A stretch of DNA of 51,936 nucleotides from Solirubrobacterales bacterium. Lineage in GTDB: Bacteria; Actinomycetota; Thermoleophilia; Solirubrobacterales; JACPNS01. Location: positions 5,187 to 57,122 of the forward strand of contig JBMYXO010000004.1 in the NCBI GenBank assembly GCA_049608465.1, given 5' to 3'. The translations under genes and the position numbers were made by a program. This document shows, in pieces, positions 39,511-49,247 of this stretch. How positions within the stretch are numbered: position 1 is the stretch's first letter; every line of letters begins with the position of its first letter. The notes beneath the pieces were generated by a model. It worked only from the letters and a program-made list of their open reading frames with translations. It was not told where the DNA came from and ran no database searches.

Positions 39511-41073
39511 TCAGTCGAGTCCAAGCGCTTGGGGTGCCGCATCGCGCATCAGCGCCTCGATCTCTCGTCGTTGGCGGACCTGAGGTACTCCCCAATCGGC
39601 GCGGTAGTCGAAAACCTCGGTCAGCGGACGAGATCCGAATCGTCCGTCGATCAGTTCGAGCTGACCGGCGCCGACCAACGCAGGGTGGTGGTGCCCGCAG
39701 GTGCGTGCGAGTGCGAGCAGTTCGCCGCGCAACTGCGTGATGTAGTTGGCTGTTCGCACTGCTTTCAAGTCTGGGTCGAGGCCGCGAGTTCGCCATGGCT
39801 TGTGTGTAGTGACGCCGGTCGGACAATTTCCCGTGTGGCAACGCTGAGATTGGATACAGCCGACGGCGAGCATGGCTTCACGACCGACGTTGATCATGTC
39901 GCAACCCAAGCTGAACGCCATCAGCGCGGCATCGGGCAGGCCGAGCCGACCCGAACCGATGAACGTGACTTTGTCGGCCATCTCGCGTTCGGAAAAAATC
40001 GAGAACACACGCGTGAAACCGATTTTGAATGGCAGGGAGACGTGGTCGGTGAAGGCAAGAGGAGCGGCGCCAGTGCCGCCTTCACCGCCGTCGACGGTGA
40101 TGAAATCAACGCCGCGTCCACCGTCGGACATCTTGTCGGCGAGTTCCCGCCAGAACGTCTCTTTGCCAACTGCCGACTTGATCCCGACCGGCAATCCAGT
40201 GCGATCGGCGATCGACTCGACGAGCTCAAGTAGTCCATCGACGTCACTGAAGGCGGAGTGTGCGGGAGGGCTGATGCAATCTTTGCCGGCCTCAACGCCG
40301 CGAATACGGGCGATTTCCTCGGTTACCTTCACGCCCGGAAGGATCCCGCCCAGGCCGGGTTTCGCGCCTTGGCTGAGTTTGATCTCAATCGCCTTCACCG
40401 GCGCGGTGGCGATCGTCTCTTCAAGCACATCGAGGTCGAATCTGCCGCGCGCGTCGCGGCAACCGAAATAACCGGTGCCGACCTGGAAGACGATGTTGCC
40501 ACCCTGCAGGTGGTGCGGCGAGATACCGCCCTCGCCGGTTGTCTGCATGCACTGTGCCAACCGGGCGCCGCCATTGAGCGCTTGGATCGCTCGTGCGCTG
40601 AGCGATCCAAAGCTCATTCCGGAGATGTTCACGACGGATTCTGGTCTAAACGCCTTTTTGCGGCCGCGCGGGAGGCCGACGATCTTTGCGGCAGGCAAAA
40701 GGAAGTGATCCTGACCAGAATCGTTCTCGATGCTGTGCTCAGCGTCGATCATCGGAGGGAAGGCTTCGTGCTTGATGACCAAGTAGTTGGTCGAACGTTC
40801 CATCTCGTTGTCGCTGCCGAAGCCGAAACGATTGTTCTGGCGCTTCGACGACGCGTAGATCCAGCGACGGTGGTCACGCGTGAACGGGCGTTCCTCGTTG
40901 TTGTCGGTGACGATGTACTGGCGCAACTCGGGCCCTACCCGCTCGAGGATGTAGCGGAAATGCCCGACTATCGGAAAGATCCGTAGGATCGTGTGGCGAC
41001 GTTGCGTGACGTCGTACAGCACCACCAAGCCGAGCAATACCGCGACCGCCAGCCAGAAGATCAGCCAATCCAT
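39511..41073 (-). CDS. FMN-binding glutamate-synthase-family protein (GltB domain-2-like) with an N-terminal TM segment
   Basis: N-terminal 'WLIFWLAVAVLLGLVVL', 'MSFGSLS', 'TGEGGISP', 'KLSQGAKPGLGGILPG', 'DGGEGGTGAAP'. Confidence 0.85.
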   Translation of the reverse strand: MDWLIFWLAVAVLLGLVVLYDVTQRRHTILRIFPIVGHFRYILERVGPELRQYIVTDNNEERPFTRDHRRWIYASSKRQNNRFGFGSDNEMERSTNYLVIKHEAFPPMIDAEHSIENDSGQDHFLLPAAKIVGLPRGRKKAFRPESVVNISGMSFGSLSARAIQALNGGARLAQCMQTTGEGGISPHHLQGGNIVFQVGTGYFGCRDARGRFDLDVLEETIATAPVKAIEIKLSQGAKPGLGGILPGVKVTEEIARIRGVEAGKDCISPPAHSAFSDVDGLLELVESIADRTGLPVGIKSAVGKETFWRELADKMSDGGRGVDFITVDGGEGGTGAAPLAFTDHVSLPFKIGFTRVFSIFSEREMADKVTFIGSGRLGLPDAALMAFSLGCDMINVGREAMLAVGCIQSQRCHTGNCPTGVTTHKPWRTRGLDPDLKAVRTANYITQLRGELLALARTCGHHHPALVGAGQLELIDGRFGSRPLTEVFDYRADWGVPQVRQRREIEALMRDAAPQALGLD

Positions 41074-41189
41074 CCATCAACTATCGATAGCGGACCGGAT
41101 GTCGCTTCGAAAGGAGAGTTTTGGGGTTACACGAAACCATGTATAGTTGGTCACTCGCATTTTGAACCAAGTTCAACAGGAAGTGGAAA

Positions 41190-42698
41190 ATCTCCCCGAA
41201 GCGCGAACATACAGACGTTCTGATCGTCGGCGGCGGACTCTCCGGCATCGGCGCGGCCGTGCACTTGTCCAAGGAGTGCCCGAGCAAGAGCTACACAATC
41301 CTTGAAGCGCGAGACCGCACGGGGGGCACTTGGGATCTATTTCGTTATCCGGGCATTCGCTCGGACTCAGACATGTTCACGCTTGGCTATGACTTCAAGC
41401 CGTGGGAAGAGGCGAAGGCGATCGCGGACGGACCGTCAATCCTTTCTTACATTCGTGACACGGCCCGCGAGTACGGCATCGAGGAGAAGATCCGGACCAA
41501 TCACAAGGTGATCGGCGCCGAGTGGTCTTCGAGCGAGGCGCTGTGGATCGTCACCGTCGAACGCGCCACCGAGGGCGACGTTGTCGAGATGACTTGCAAT
41601 TTTCTGCACTTTTGCTCTGGTTACTACGACTACGACAGCGGTTATCTGCCCGAGTTTCCCGGGTTCGATCGTTTCAAAGGGCAGTTGATCCATCCGCAGC
41701 ACTGGCCCGAGGATTTTGACCACACCGGTAAACGTGTGGTCGTGATCGGCAGCGGCGCGACGGCAATCACGCTTGTTCCCGCAATGGCCAGGGAGGCGCA
41801 GCATGTGACGATGCTGCAACGGTCGCCGAGTTACATCTTCACGTTGCCGGCAAAGGATCCCATCGCCGATTTCTTGCGCCGCGTGCTACCCGCGAAACTC
41901 GCATACAGCTTGGTTCGTGGAAAGAACGTATTCCTGGCAATGGCGACATTTCAACTCAGTCGGCGTCGTCCCGGATTCGTCAAAAAGGTGATTCGCGAAA
42001 GCGTGAAGCGCCAACTGCCGGATGATTTTGACGTCGACAAACACTTCAAGCCCACGTACAACCCCTGGGACCAGCGCGTCTGCTTGGTTCCTGACGGTGA
42101 TTTTTTTCGCTCGATTCGAAAACAAAAAGCCTCGATAGTCACCGACGAAATCGAAACGTTCACCGAAACCGGAATCCAGTTGAAGTCGGGGGAGACGATC
42201 GAAGCAGATGCGATCGTCACGGCGACCGGACTTAACTTGAAGTTCCTCGGCGGCGCAAGTGTGCGCATCGACGGCGAGATCGTCGAACTCGCCGACAGAG
42301 TCTCGTACAACGGATCGATGCTCAGCGGATTGCCCAACGCGGCATACACCGTCGGCTACACGAACGCCTCATGGACGCTGAAGGCTGATCTCGTCAGCAA
42401 GTACGTCTGTCGACTGATCAATCACATGGACGATCACAACTACAACGTCTGCACACCGCAGCCGCCAAACCCGTCCGCGAAGCTCGAACCGATCATCGAT
42501 TTCTCATCTGGATATGTGCTGCGGTCTGTAGACAAGCTGCCGAAACAGGGCGACAAGAAACCGTGGCGATTGCACCAGAACTACCCGCTGGACGTCTTGA
42601 TGTTCAAGCGCGGAAGCTTGACCGACGGAACGATGAGATTCGATCGTGTGACGCCGCGTACGGAGCAGGAATCCGCCGCGGTGGCCGCGACCGGTTGA
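41190..42698 (+). CDS. FAD-dependent (flavin-containing / Baeyer-Villiger-type) monooxygenase. No canonical start lies upstream of the FAD motif; the proposed start is ATC 41190.
   Basis: The Rossmann motif 'DVLIVGGGLSGIG' lies upstream of the track start (GTG 41259). Also 'GGTWDLFRYPGIRSD' and a second dinucleotide motif 'VVVIGSGATA'. Confidence 0.7.
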   Translation: MSPKREHTDVLIVGGGLSGIGAAVHLSKECPSKSYTILEARDRTGGTWDLFRYPGIRSDSDMFTLGYDFKPWEEAKAIADGPSILSYIRDTAREYGIEEKIRTNHKVIGAEWSSSEALWIVTVERATEGDVVEMTCNFLHFCSGYYDYDSGYLPEFPGFDRFKGQLIHPQHWPEDFDHTGKRVVVIGSGATAITLVPAMAREAQHVTMLQRSPSYIFTLPAKDPIADFLRRVLPAKLAYSLVRGKNVFLAMATFQLSRRRPGFVKKVIRESVKRQLPDDFDVDKHFKPTYNPWDQRVCLVPDGDFFRSIRKQKASIVTDEIETFTETGIQLKSGETIEADAIVTATGLNLKFLGGASVRIDGEIVELADRVSYNGSMLSGLPNAAYTVGYTNASWTLKADLVSKYVCRLINHMDDHNYNVCTPQPPNPSAKLEPIIDFSSGYVLRSVDKLPKQGDKKPWRLHQNYPLDVLMFKRGSLTDGTMRFDRVTPRTEQESAAVAATG

Positions 42699-42727
42699 CG
42701 ACGGACGCGATTGCAGTCAGTCTCGCG

Positions 42728-43561
42728 TCAGGCTCGATGCCACGCTGAGTCGAATTCCGCCGAATCCACAGAAATACGCTTGAGCTCACGGATCGAGGGC
42801 TCAAATCCCTGTTCCTCCGACTTGCAGGCTCCGATGTCGATCAGCGCGGGCAGAATCGCGTTTTCCCAGAACGACATCGCCTCATCGATCGACCTCCAGA
42901 ACTGCGATTGATGAGGCACACCGTCGGCGCCACTTTCGTTCAGCAGCAAGATCAGGCCTTCCGGTGCCGCGCGCGTCAGCGAAAGTGCGTGAACGGCCTC
43001 ACTCAGCTGTTGCTTCGTGACGCCGTGGAATGCGGTGTCGAGTGCAACCGGGTCGGTCCCGAGGCAGCTGATCGCGGTTGCGTCCAAGTCGGCACCGATA
43101 TCTTGAAATTCCGCGAGCAGCGGGCCGAGAATCAGCCGGTCGACATTCCGTGCAACCGGTTCGAAATCCATCGCCCCGTGAGCGCCCTCTGGCGGGCCGA
43201 TGTCGTGCATCGCGGCAGTGATCACGCCGACCGCGACATCGCGAAAAAATGCGCTCTCAGCTTCTTCGGTGGTCCAAATACCTTGGGACACGATCGCACC
43301 GTCTTTGATGCCGGTCAGATGACAGAGCATTCCCTGTGGCCAGCGATCCTGAAATCGGTACGCGGCATGTAGTTTGTTCACGAAGTCCCAGTCTGCGCCG
43401 GCCATCTCGAAGGTGACGTTCAGTCTGTATCGCTTCGGACACGCGACGCCGACCAGCGTCTGATCGGAAAGCGGGCCCTCGAACAAGGATTGGGCGGATA
43501 CTGTGGATTTCTGCGGAAATGTCGGCATGAGTTTCGTCAGAAATTGGGTAGTCAAACCCAT
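42728..43561 (-). CDS. Hypothetical protein with two tandem ferredoxin-like (ABM/dimeric alpha-beta-barrel-like) halves
   Basis: ATG 43561 is chosen; the longer track ORF adds an Arg-rich extension. The internal repeat pattern is '...QGIWTTEEAESAFF...' versus '...QFWRSIDEAMSFW...'. Confidence 0.5.
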   Translation of the reverse strand: MGLTTQFLTKLMPTFPQKSTVSAQSLFEGPLSDQTLVGVACPKRYRLNVTFEMAGADWDFVNKLHAAYRFQDRWPQGMLCHLTGIKDGAIVSQGIWTTEEAESAFFRDVAVGVITAAMHDIGPPEGAHGAMDFEPVARNVDRLILGPLLAEFQDIGADLDATAISCLGTDPVALDTAFHGVTKQQLSEAVHALSLTRAAPEGLILLLNESGADGVPHQSQFWRSIDEAMSFWENAILPALIDIGACKSEEQGFEPSIRELKRISVDSAEFDSAWHRA

Positions 43562-43704
43562 CGTACAGTTTTGGCGTCGGTTTGTACGAACCTTTCTTGA
43601 GCGGTCGCGCGGACTACTGATCGATGCAGGCCGTCCTCGCCAACGCCGATAATCTCCGCGGTCGGTCCACCGTGACGAGGCGGGCCACGAACGGGAGATC
43701 AGAG

Positions 43705-45123
43705 ATGTCAACTGACGTCGTCGGTAGCGAGGAGCAGTCAGGCCAGAAGGCAACGGGGTGGCTCTGGCTTGTAGGGGCGGTAATCGCCGTTTCGGGAATC
43801 CTCTTCGGATACGACCAGGGAGTGATATCGGGCGCTCTCCGTGGTATCGAGAACAGCTTCAAGGTCGGTACGACCACGACGGAAATCATCACGAGCTGGG
43901 TGACGTTGGGAGCGCTCGTCGGAGCGTTGGTGGCCGGTGTCACGGCAGACCGAATCGGTCGCCGCTCAGCGCTGCTCCTGGCCGGCGGGTTGTTCGTGGT
44001 CGGCGCAGTCATTGAAGCTGTCGCACCCGGTGCGGCGGTACTTGTTGTCGGCCGGCTGGTGGTTGGCTTCGCTGTCGGTATCGCATCGGTGGCTGCGCCG
44101 CTATACGCCGCGGAGATGGCTCCCGCGCACCTTCGTGGCCGTTTCGTTTCGGGGTACCAACTGGGCATAACGTTCGGAATTTTTCTTGCGTATCTCGTCG
44201 ATGAGCTGATGGATAGTGCCGATTGGCGCCTGATGCTCGGTGTGTCCAGCTTCGTAGGGATCGCTCTAATCGTTGCGATCCTGCCCCTGCCGGATACGCC
44301 GCGCTGGTACCTGAAGGTTGGGCGCAGAAAAGATGCCGTGGAGGCGCTGAAGAAGGTGGATGCGCCGCCGGACGCCGAGGCTGCGATTTCGATCATCGAG
44401 GCCGAAGCGGCCTCGGACGTTCAGGCCAGTTGGGGGGTTGCGTTCAGCAAGCGGTGGCGCACACCATTGTTGATCGGCGTGGGGCTCGCGGTGTTTCAGC
44501 AAATCACCGGCATCAACGCGATCATTTACTACGCGGACAAAATCTTTGATGCTGCAGGTTTCACCTCGGTCGCCGACCAAACGATGGCAACGACTTGGGC
44601 CGTTGGCGGTGTGAACGTGCTCGCAACACTGATCGCCGTGATGTTTGTCGATCGCCTCGGGCGCAAACCACTGCTGCTCGCCGGATTGGTTGGAATGGGC
44701 TTAAGTCTCGCCGTCGTCGGAATAGCGTTTCAAAGCCTCGGCGAAGTACAGCATGGCGGGTCGTCGCAGGCCGCAAGCGATGCCGGCGTGATCACGCTCG
44801 TGGCACTGGTCGTGTACATCGCGTCATTTGCGTTCTCGATGGGACCGGTCGTGTGGACCATCATCAACGAGATCTATCCGCGCGAAGTGCGTGGACGCAT
44901 GGTTTCCGTCGCCACGGCGTTCAACTGGTTCTCAGCGTGGCTGGTGAGCCAGTTCTTCCTCACCCTGACCGACTCGATCGGTGAATCGGAGACGTTCTGG
45001 ATGTTCGCGGGCTTTTGCCTGGTCGCATTCTTCTGGATTCTCCGCTACGTGCCCGAAACCAAGGAGCGCACGCTTGAGGAGATCGAGGAGATGTGGCAGA
45101 ACAAATACAACGCCGCGGGTTAG
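43705..45123 (+). CDS. MFS sugar porter
   Basis: 'GYDQGVISGA', 'DRIGRRS', 'PDTPRWY', 'PETKERTLEEIE'. gggag lies upstream of ATG 43705. Confidence 0.9.
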   Translation: MSTDVVGSEEQSGQKATGWLWLVGAVIAVSGILFGYDQGVISGALRGIENSFKVGTTTTEIITSWVTLGALVGALVAGVTADRIGRRSALLLAGGLFVVGAVIEAVAPGAAVLVVGRLVVGFAVGIASVAAPLYAAEMAPAHLRGRFVSGYQLGITFGIFLAYLVDELMDSADWRLMLGVSSFVGIALIVAILPLPDTPRWYLKVGRRKDAVEALKKVDAPPDAEAAISIIEAEAASDVQASWGVAFSKRWRTPLLIGVGLAVFQQITGINAIIYYADKIFDAAGFTSVADQTMATTWAVGGVNVLATLIAVMFVDRLGRKPLLLAGLVGMGLSLAVVGIAFQSLGEVQHGGSSQAASDAGVITLVALVVYIASFAFSMGPVVWTIINEIYPREVRGRMVSVATAFNWFSAWLVSQFFLTLTDSIGESETFWMFAGFCLVAFFWILRYVPETKERTLEEIEEMWQNKYNAAG

Positions 45124-45222
45124 TCGCTCGACGCCAGCGAACGCTGACCTGTAGGTTCTATATGAATCGGTGACCAATCTGCTGAGCCTCCGCCGACAGG
45201 TTCTGATCCCGAGGATTGGCCA

Positions 45223-47184
45223 GTGCGAACGTGCGGGAGGTGGGTGACAGTCATCGAGGGCTTTGGAACGAACGAGCCTCTGTTGGAGCAGTTTCTCCAG
45301 TTTGCCCCCGATGCGATCGTTGGGATCGACCGGGACGGCATGATCGTGCTCGCCAACGCGCAGATTCACCAGGTTTTCGGTTACACCCGCGAAGAAATCG
45401 TCGGCAAGCCGGTCGAGACGCTGGTTCCGTTACAGAAACGCGGCCAGCACTTTCTGCACCGTGAGGAATACTTCAATGATCCAAAGACGCGGCCAATGGG
45501 CGCTGGGCTCGAACTCTTTGGTCTACGTGCTGACGGAACTGAGTTCCCCGCCGAGATCAGCCTTTCGAGCATCGAACGCGATGGTGACTTGATCGCGATT
45601 GCCGCGATCCGCGATGTAACGGCAAGAACCCGGGCCGAAAAGAAGTTCGAACAGCTGCTGGAGCTCGCGCCCGACGCAATCGTCGGCATCGATCGAAACG
45701 GGATGATGGTTTTGGTGAACGCGCAAGTCGAGCTGTTGTTCGGTCACCCACGCGAGGAAATGCTTGGACAGACAATCGAGATGCTCGTGCCGGAGCGATT
45801 TCGAAAGAGCCACTTGATGCATCGCTCGCACTACTTCGCAGACCCGAAGACTCGCGCGATGGGTGCGGGTCTCGAGCTGTACGGATTGCGCGCAGATGGT
45901 ACGGAGTTTCCCGCTGAAATCAGCCTTTCGAGTATTAAGACCGACGAGGGAACGATCGCGACTGCCGCAATCCGAGACATCACAGAGCGTGTGAAAGCCG
46001 ACAGTGTCAGGCAAAAGCTGGAAACCGAACTGAAGCTCAACCAATCGAGACGATTGGAAAGCGTCGGGCAACTTGCTGGCGGTGTCGCACACGATTTCAA
46101 CAACTTGTTGAGCGTGATTCTTAACTACGCGGCGTTTCTGAAGGAGTCGCTGGTAGAGAACCCGGAACTCAAGGCGGATGCGGAGCAAATCGAAAGAGCT
46201 GCGGAACGCGCAGCTGAACTGACGCGACAACTACTGATATTCAGCCGCCGCGAGGTCGTCAAGGCGGAGTCGCTCTCGCCCAATCACGTGCTCGATGATC
46301 TGAAGATCTTGTTGCAACGCACGTTGGGTGAGCAGATCGATTTTCGGACGAGTTTCGACTCGGATCTATGGCCGGTTTTTATGGATCGGGGCCAGTTCGA
46401 GCAGGTCGCGATCAACCTCGTGGTCAACGCCCGTGACGCAATGACCGGCGGTGGCGTTCTAGAACTGGAAACCTCGAACGTCGAGATCGACGAGGAGTTC
46501 ATTCGCTTCAGTCCAGACGAGATCAGCCCGGGAAAATACGTTCGTATCACGGTTGCCGATTCTGGGGGAGGGATGGATCGCGAAACCATGGAACGTGCAT
46601 TCGAGCCTTTTTTCACCACCAAAGACAAGTCGGAAGGAACCGGGTTGGGGCTGGCGACTGTTTACGGAATCGTCAAGGAGGCCGGAGGCAACATTTTCCT
46701 GTACTCCGAGGTCGGCCGCGGTACTTCCGTGAAAATCCACCTTCCCGCCGAACAAGGCAAAGCGTTCACGCCGGCGCATACGTCTGAACTTCCAGCGGCG
46801 GGTAACAGTGAACGCGTGGTTGTCGTTGAGGATGAACCGGCAGTGAGAACGATGGTGAAACGAATTCTTGTGAGCAACGGTTACGAAGTAGTGCAGTTTT
46901 CTAATGGGCGGGAGGCGCTCGCGTTCTGTGAATCACCGGACGTCCAAATTGATCTTCTGCTGACCGACGTGGTCATGCCAGAGATGTCTGGCGACGAACT
47001 GTTTGATCGATTGCATCGGGCTCGCCCGGATCTGAAAGCGCTATTCATGTCTGGCTACAGCGAAAAAATCATCGAACGACAGCGGGCGGGTGCCGGGGTT
47101 GCGGATCTGATCGAAAAGCCATTCACCAGCGGAGAGCTGCTTGAGGCCGTCCAGCGCGCGATCAATCGCTCCGCAGCCATCTGA
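45223..47184 (+). CDS. Soluble hybrid sensor histidine kinase (PAS-PAS-HisKA-HATPase-REC)
   Basis: Two PAS units, H-box '[11 protein letters not shown]', 'NLVVNARDA', '[11 protein letters not shown]', receiver 'VVVVEDEP...[14 protein letters not shown]'. No TM segment. Start uncertain (GTG 45223 or 45244). Confidence 0.9.
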   Translation: MRTCGRWVTVIEGFGTNEPLLEQFLQFAPDAIVGIDRDGMIVLANAQIHQVFGYTREEIVGKPVETLVPLQKRGQHFLHREEYFNDPKTRPMGAGLELFGLRADGTEFPAEISLSSIERDGDLIAIAAIRDVTARTRAEKKFEQLLELAPDAIVGIDRNGMMVLVNAQVELLFGHPREEMLGQTIEMLVPERFRKSHLMHRSHYFADPKTRAMGAGLELYGLRADGTEFPAEISLSSIKTDEGTIATAAIRDITERVKADSVRQKLETELKLNQSRRLESVGQLAGGVAHDFNNLLSVILNYAAFLKESLVENPELKADAEQIERAAERAAELTRQLLIFSRREVVKAESLSPNHVLDDLKILLQRTLGEQIDFRTSFDSDLWPVFMDRGQFEQVAINLVVNARDAMTGGGVLELETSNVEIDEEFIRFSPDEISPGKYVRITVADSGGGMDRETMERAFEPFFTTKDKSEGTGLGLATVYGIVKEAGGNIFLYSEVGRGTSVKIHLPAEQGKAFTPAHTSELPAAGNSERVVVVEDEPAVRTMVKRILVSNGYEVVQFSNGREALAFCESPDVQIDLLLTDVVMPEMSGDELFDRLHRARPDLKALFMSGYSEKIIERQRAGAGVADLIEKPFTSGELLEAVQRAINRSAAI

Positions 47185-47314
47185 CGTGGGTTCAATGCCG
47201 ACCCAAAACAGGTAGCTTGAAGGTGAGTTACATAACGCACTGGGACGATCCCCCTCACGCGCTGTAACGAAGCGGCTGGGGAATCCACCCCGTGCGTACG
47301 GAAGCAGGCTAAAA

Positions 47315-47686
47315 ATGACTGAACCGATAGATACGTCGGATCAGACCACGGTCGCTGAACGAATCTCGCGTGAGATCGAATCCCTGTACGCGGCGCACTA
47401 TCGCCACGGCCGCGGCAAGGCGACGACATACATAAACGGCAAAACAGTGCTCTGCATGATCGAGGGGAGCCGAAGCGATGACGAATCCGACGAGTTCGAA
47501 CGCGGCCACCAGAGCGCTGTGATCGACCGTCGAGTTGCCTTCCAGGTCAATCAAGAGGATGCGTTCACTGAAATGGTGGAGCGAATAACCCAACGCAAGG
47601 TCGTCGCCTTCCTCAGCGCCAATCAAGACAGCTTGACCTTTGCGGCCGAACTGTTTGTTCTCGATCGCGAACCAATTGAAAAATGA
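47315..47686 (+). CDS. DUF2294 (MpsC-like) family protein
   Basis: About 120 aa, 'ISREIESLYAAHYGRGKA...'-type N-terminus remembered for this family. The stop overlaps the sigma gene start (ATGA). Confidence 0.55.
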   Translation: MTEPIDTSDQTTVAERISREIESLYAAHYRHGRGKATTYINGKTVLCMIEGSRSDDESDEFERGHQSAVIDRRVAFQVNQEDAFTEMVERITQRKVVAFLSANQDSLTFAAELFVLDREPIEK

Positions 47687-48255
47687 GCGAGTTTTCTTCC
47701 ACCTCGACCGACGCGGAGTTGATGGCGCTAGCCAGACGGGGGGAGAGGGCGCCATTCGCCGCCCTGTACGGTCGATACTGGCCTCGAGCAGTGAAAATGG
47801 CGACGGTTGTGTGTGGTTCACGCGCCCAGGCTAAGGACATAGTTCGCGTTTCGTTCGGCGAGGCGTGGCGTACCCGCGATGAGTATCAGGCGGATCAGGG
47901 CACGGTGCACTCGTGGCTGTTGGGAATCGTCCGCGACCAAGCTGCATATGCACGAACGGGCGCCGTTCAATGGGGCCGCGAGATGTTTGTGGAAGAAGAA
48001 GACGAGAAATTCCGCGACGAACTGGAACCGGAGGAAGACATGGATATTTCGTCTGACGTCTCTGGCGCGATCGCGATTCTGTTGGCGGACTCCCCGGTCG
48101 AGCAACGTGAGGTTGTTGCAATGTCATTTTTTGGCGAACTCTCGCCTCAAGAAATCGCCCGCCATCTGAACATGCCCGAAGCGACTGTCGCCGGGCGGAT
48201 AAGACTGGGAATGGAAGAACTGCGGGCGCGAGAGTTCAACGTAGTCAAGAAATAG
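47683..48255 (+). CDS. ECF-type sigma-70 family RNA polymerase sigma factor
   Basis: Region 2-like 'FAALYGRYWPRAVKMA...WLLGIVRDQA', acidic linker, region 4 HTH 'LSPQEIARHLNMPEATVAGRIRLG'. Confidence 0.8.
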   Translation: MSEFSSTSTDAELMALARRGERAPFAALYGRYWPRAVKMATVVCGSRAQAKDIVRVSFGEAWRTRDEYQADQGTVHSWLLGIVRDQAAYARTGAVQWGREMFVEEEDEKFRDELEPEEDMDISSDVSGAIAILLADSPVEQREVVAMSFFGELSPQEIARHLNMPEATVAGRIRLGMEELRAREFNVVKK

Positions 48256-48338
48256 TCCGGTTGGCGAAATTCGGACATCGCGTTCGCGAAGTCTGAAAAT
48301 CGCCAGTAATCGCTTTCTGGTGGGGCTACGTTGGCCAT

Positions 48339-49247
48339 ATGGATCGCGAAGAAGTCAGCTTCCAAGTCGCCGGCGAAAACTGCGCCGCATGGCTGTATCA
48401 CCCGCAGGGCAACGACGAAACTTCATCGCCAATTGTGGTGATGGCGCACGGACTTTCGGGCACGAGACGCGATGGGCTTGGTGCATTTGCGGAGCGATTC
48501 GCGCGAGCGGGATTTGCAGCACTTGTATTCGATCATCGCGGGCTCGGGGACAGTGGCGGCGAGCCAGACAGATTCGTGCCAGCGCGCCAGCTTGAGGATT
48601 GGGCGGCCGCGATTGAATTCGCCCGAAGCTTGGAAGCGATCGATGCCGGACGTGTCGTGACGTTCGGGTCGTCGATGGGTGGCGGCAACGCTCTTGCCGC
48701 AGCGGCCGTCGATCGACGTGTTGCCGCAGTCATCAGCCAAGTGCCGTTCCTCGACCTGCGTCGGCAGGCGCATCGAAACTCGTTTCGAGTCAATCTGAAA
48801 ATTTTGACCAGCGCATTGCTCGGTGGATATTTACCGGCAGTGGGTCAGCCGGACGAAGCTGCATTCATCAATGCACCCGGGAGCGAGGCAGGATGGCGAC
48901 ACGTGGTCTCGATAGGCGAGAATTCCAAGTGGCGCAACCGTGTCTCGGCGCGCTGGATAGTTGGACGACCGTTCAATCCCGGAAGAGTCGCGTCAGAACT
49001 GCATTGCCCGTGGCTGGTTTGTGTTGGCGACGCCGACCAAGTGGCGCGACCCGGTCCAGCCATCAACGCGGCTCGCCGCGCGCCCCACGGCGAACTTCGC
49101 GTATATGAGGGGGTCGATCACTTCGACATCTACGACGGGGCCGAACATGAAACTTTGGTCGCCGACCAAATCGCATTTCTACGCCGGCATCTGGTCGAGC
49201 CAGGCAATGCCAATCTCAGTGGAGCTGTTCTGCCAGCCCGACGATGA
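48339..49247 (+). CDS. Alpha/beta hydrolase
   Basis: 'VVMAHGLSG', nucleophile elbow 'GSSMGG', late 'DH' pair. Confidence 0.8.
   Translation: MDREEVSFQVAGENCAAWLYHPQGNDETSSPIVVMAHGLSGTRRDGLGAFAERFARAGFAALVFDHRGLGDSGGEPDRFVPARQLEDWAAAIEFARSLEAIDAGRVVTFGSSMGGGNALAAAAVDRRVAAVISQVPFLDLRRQAHRNSFRVNLKILTSALLGGYLPAVGQPDEAAFINAPGSEAGWRHVVSIGENSKWRNRVSARWIVGRPFNPGRVASELHCPWLVCVGDADQVARPGPAINAARRAPHGELRVYEGVDHFDIYDGAEHETLVADQIAFLRRHLVEPGNANLSGAVLPARR

Noticed and set aside
40993-41223. 76-aa ORF upstream of the monooxygenase that might have supplied its missing N-terminus through a frameshift.
   Set aside because: Its sequence is not FAD-domain-like, and it overlaps the start of the glutamate-synthase-like gene on the other strand. 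The Rossmann motif is already in frame with the main ORF.
43561-43589. 7-bp inverted repeat tcgtaca-N15-tgtacga in the divergent region between the hypothetical gene and the MFS transporter.
   Set aside because: It is short enough to arise by chance, and no regulator gene is adjacent. It is mentioned under the hypothetical-protein finding only.
47185-47215. 'cgtgggttcaatgccgaccca' resembles a tRNA T-loop (GGTTCRANNCC) and could be a tRNA fragment or att remnant.
   Set aside because: The flanks do not form a 5-bp T-stem, and no acceptor, D or anticodon arms can be built. Probably a chance match.
47270-47300. 'ggaat' followed by 'cgt', which could be an ECF-type promoter (GGAAC-N16/17-CGT) upstream of the DUF2294-sigma operon.
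   Set aside because: The spacing between the elements is about 10 nt, far from the 16-17 nt required.
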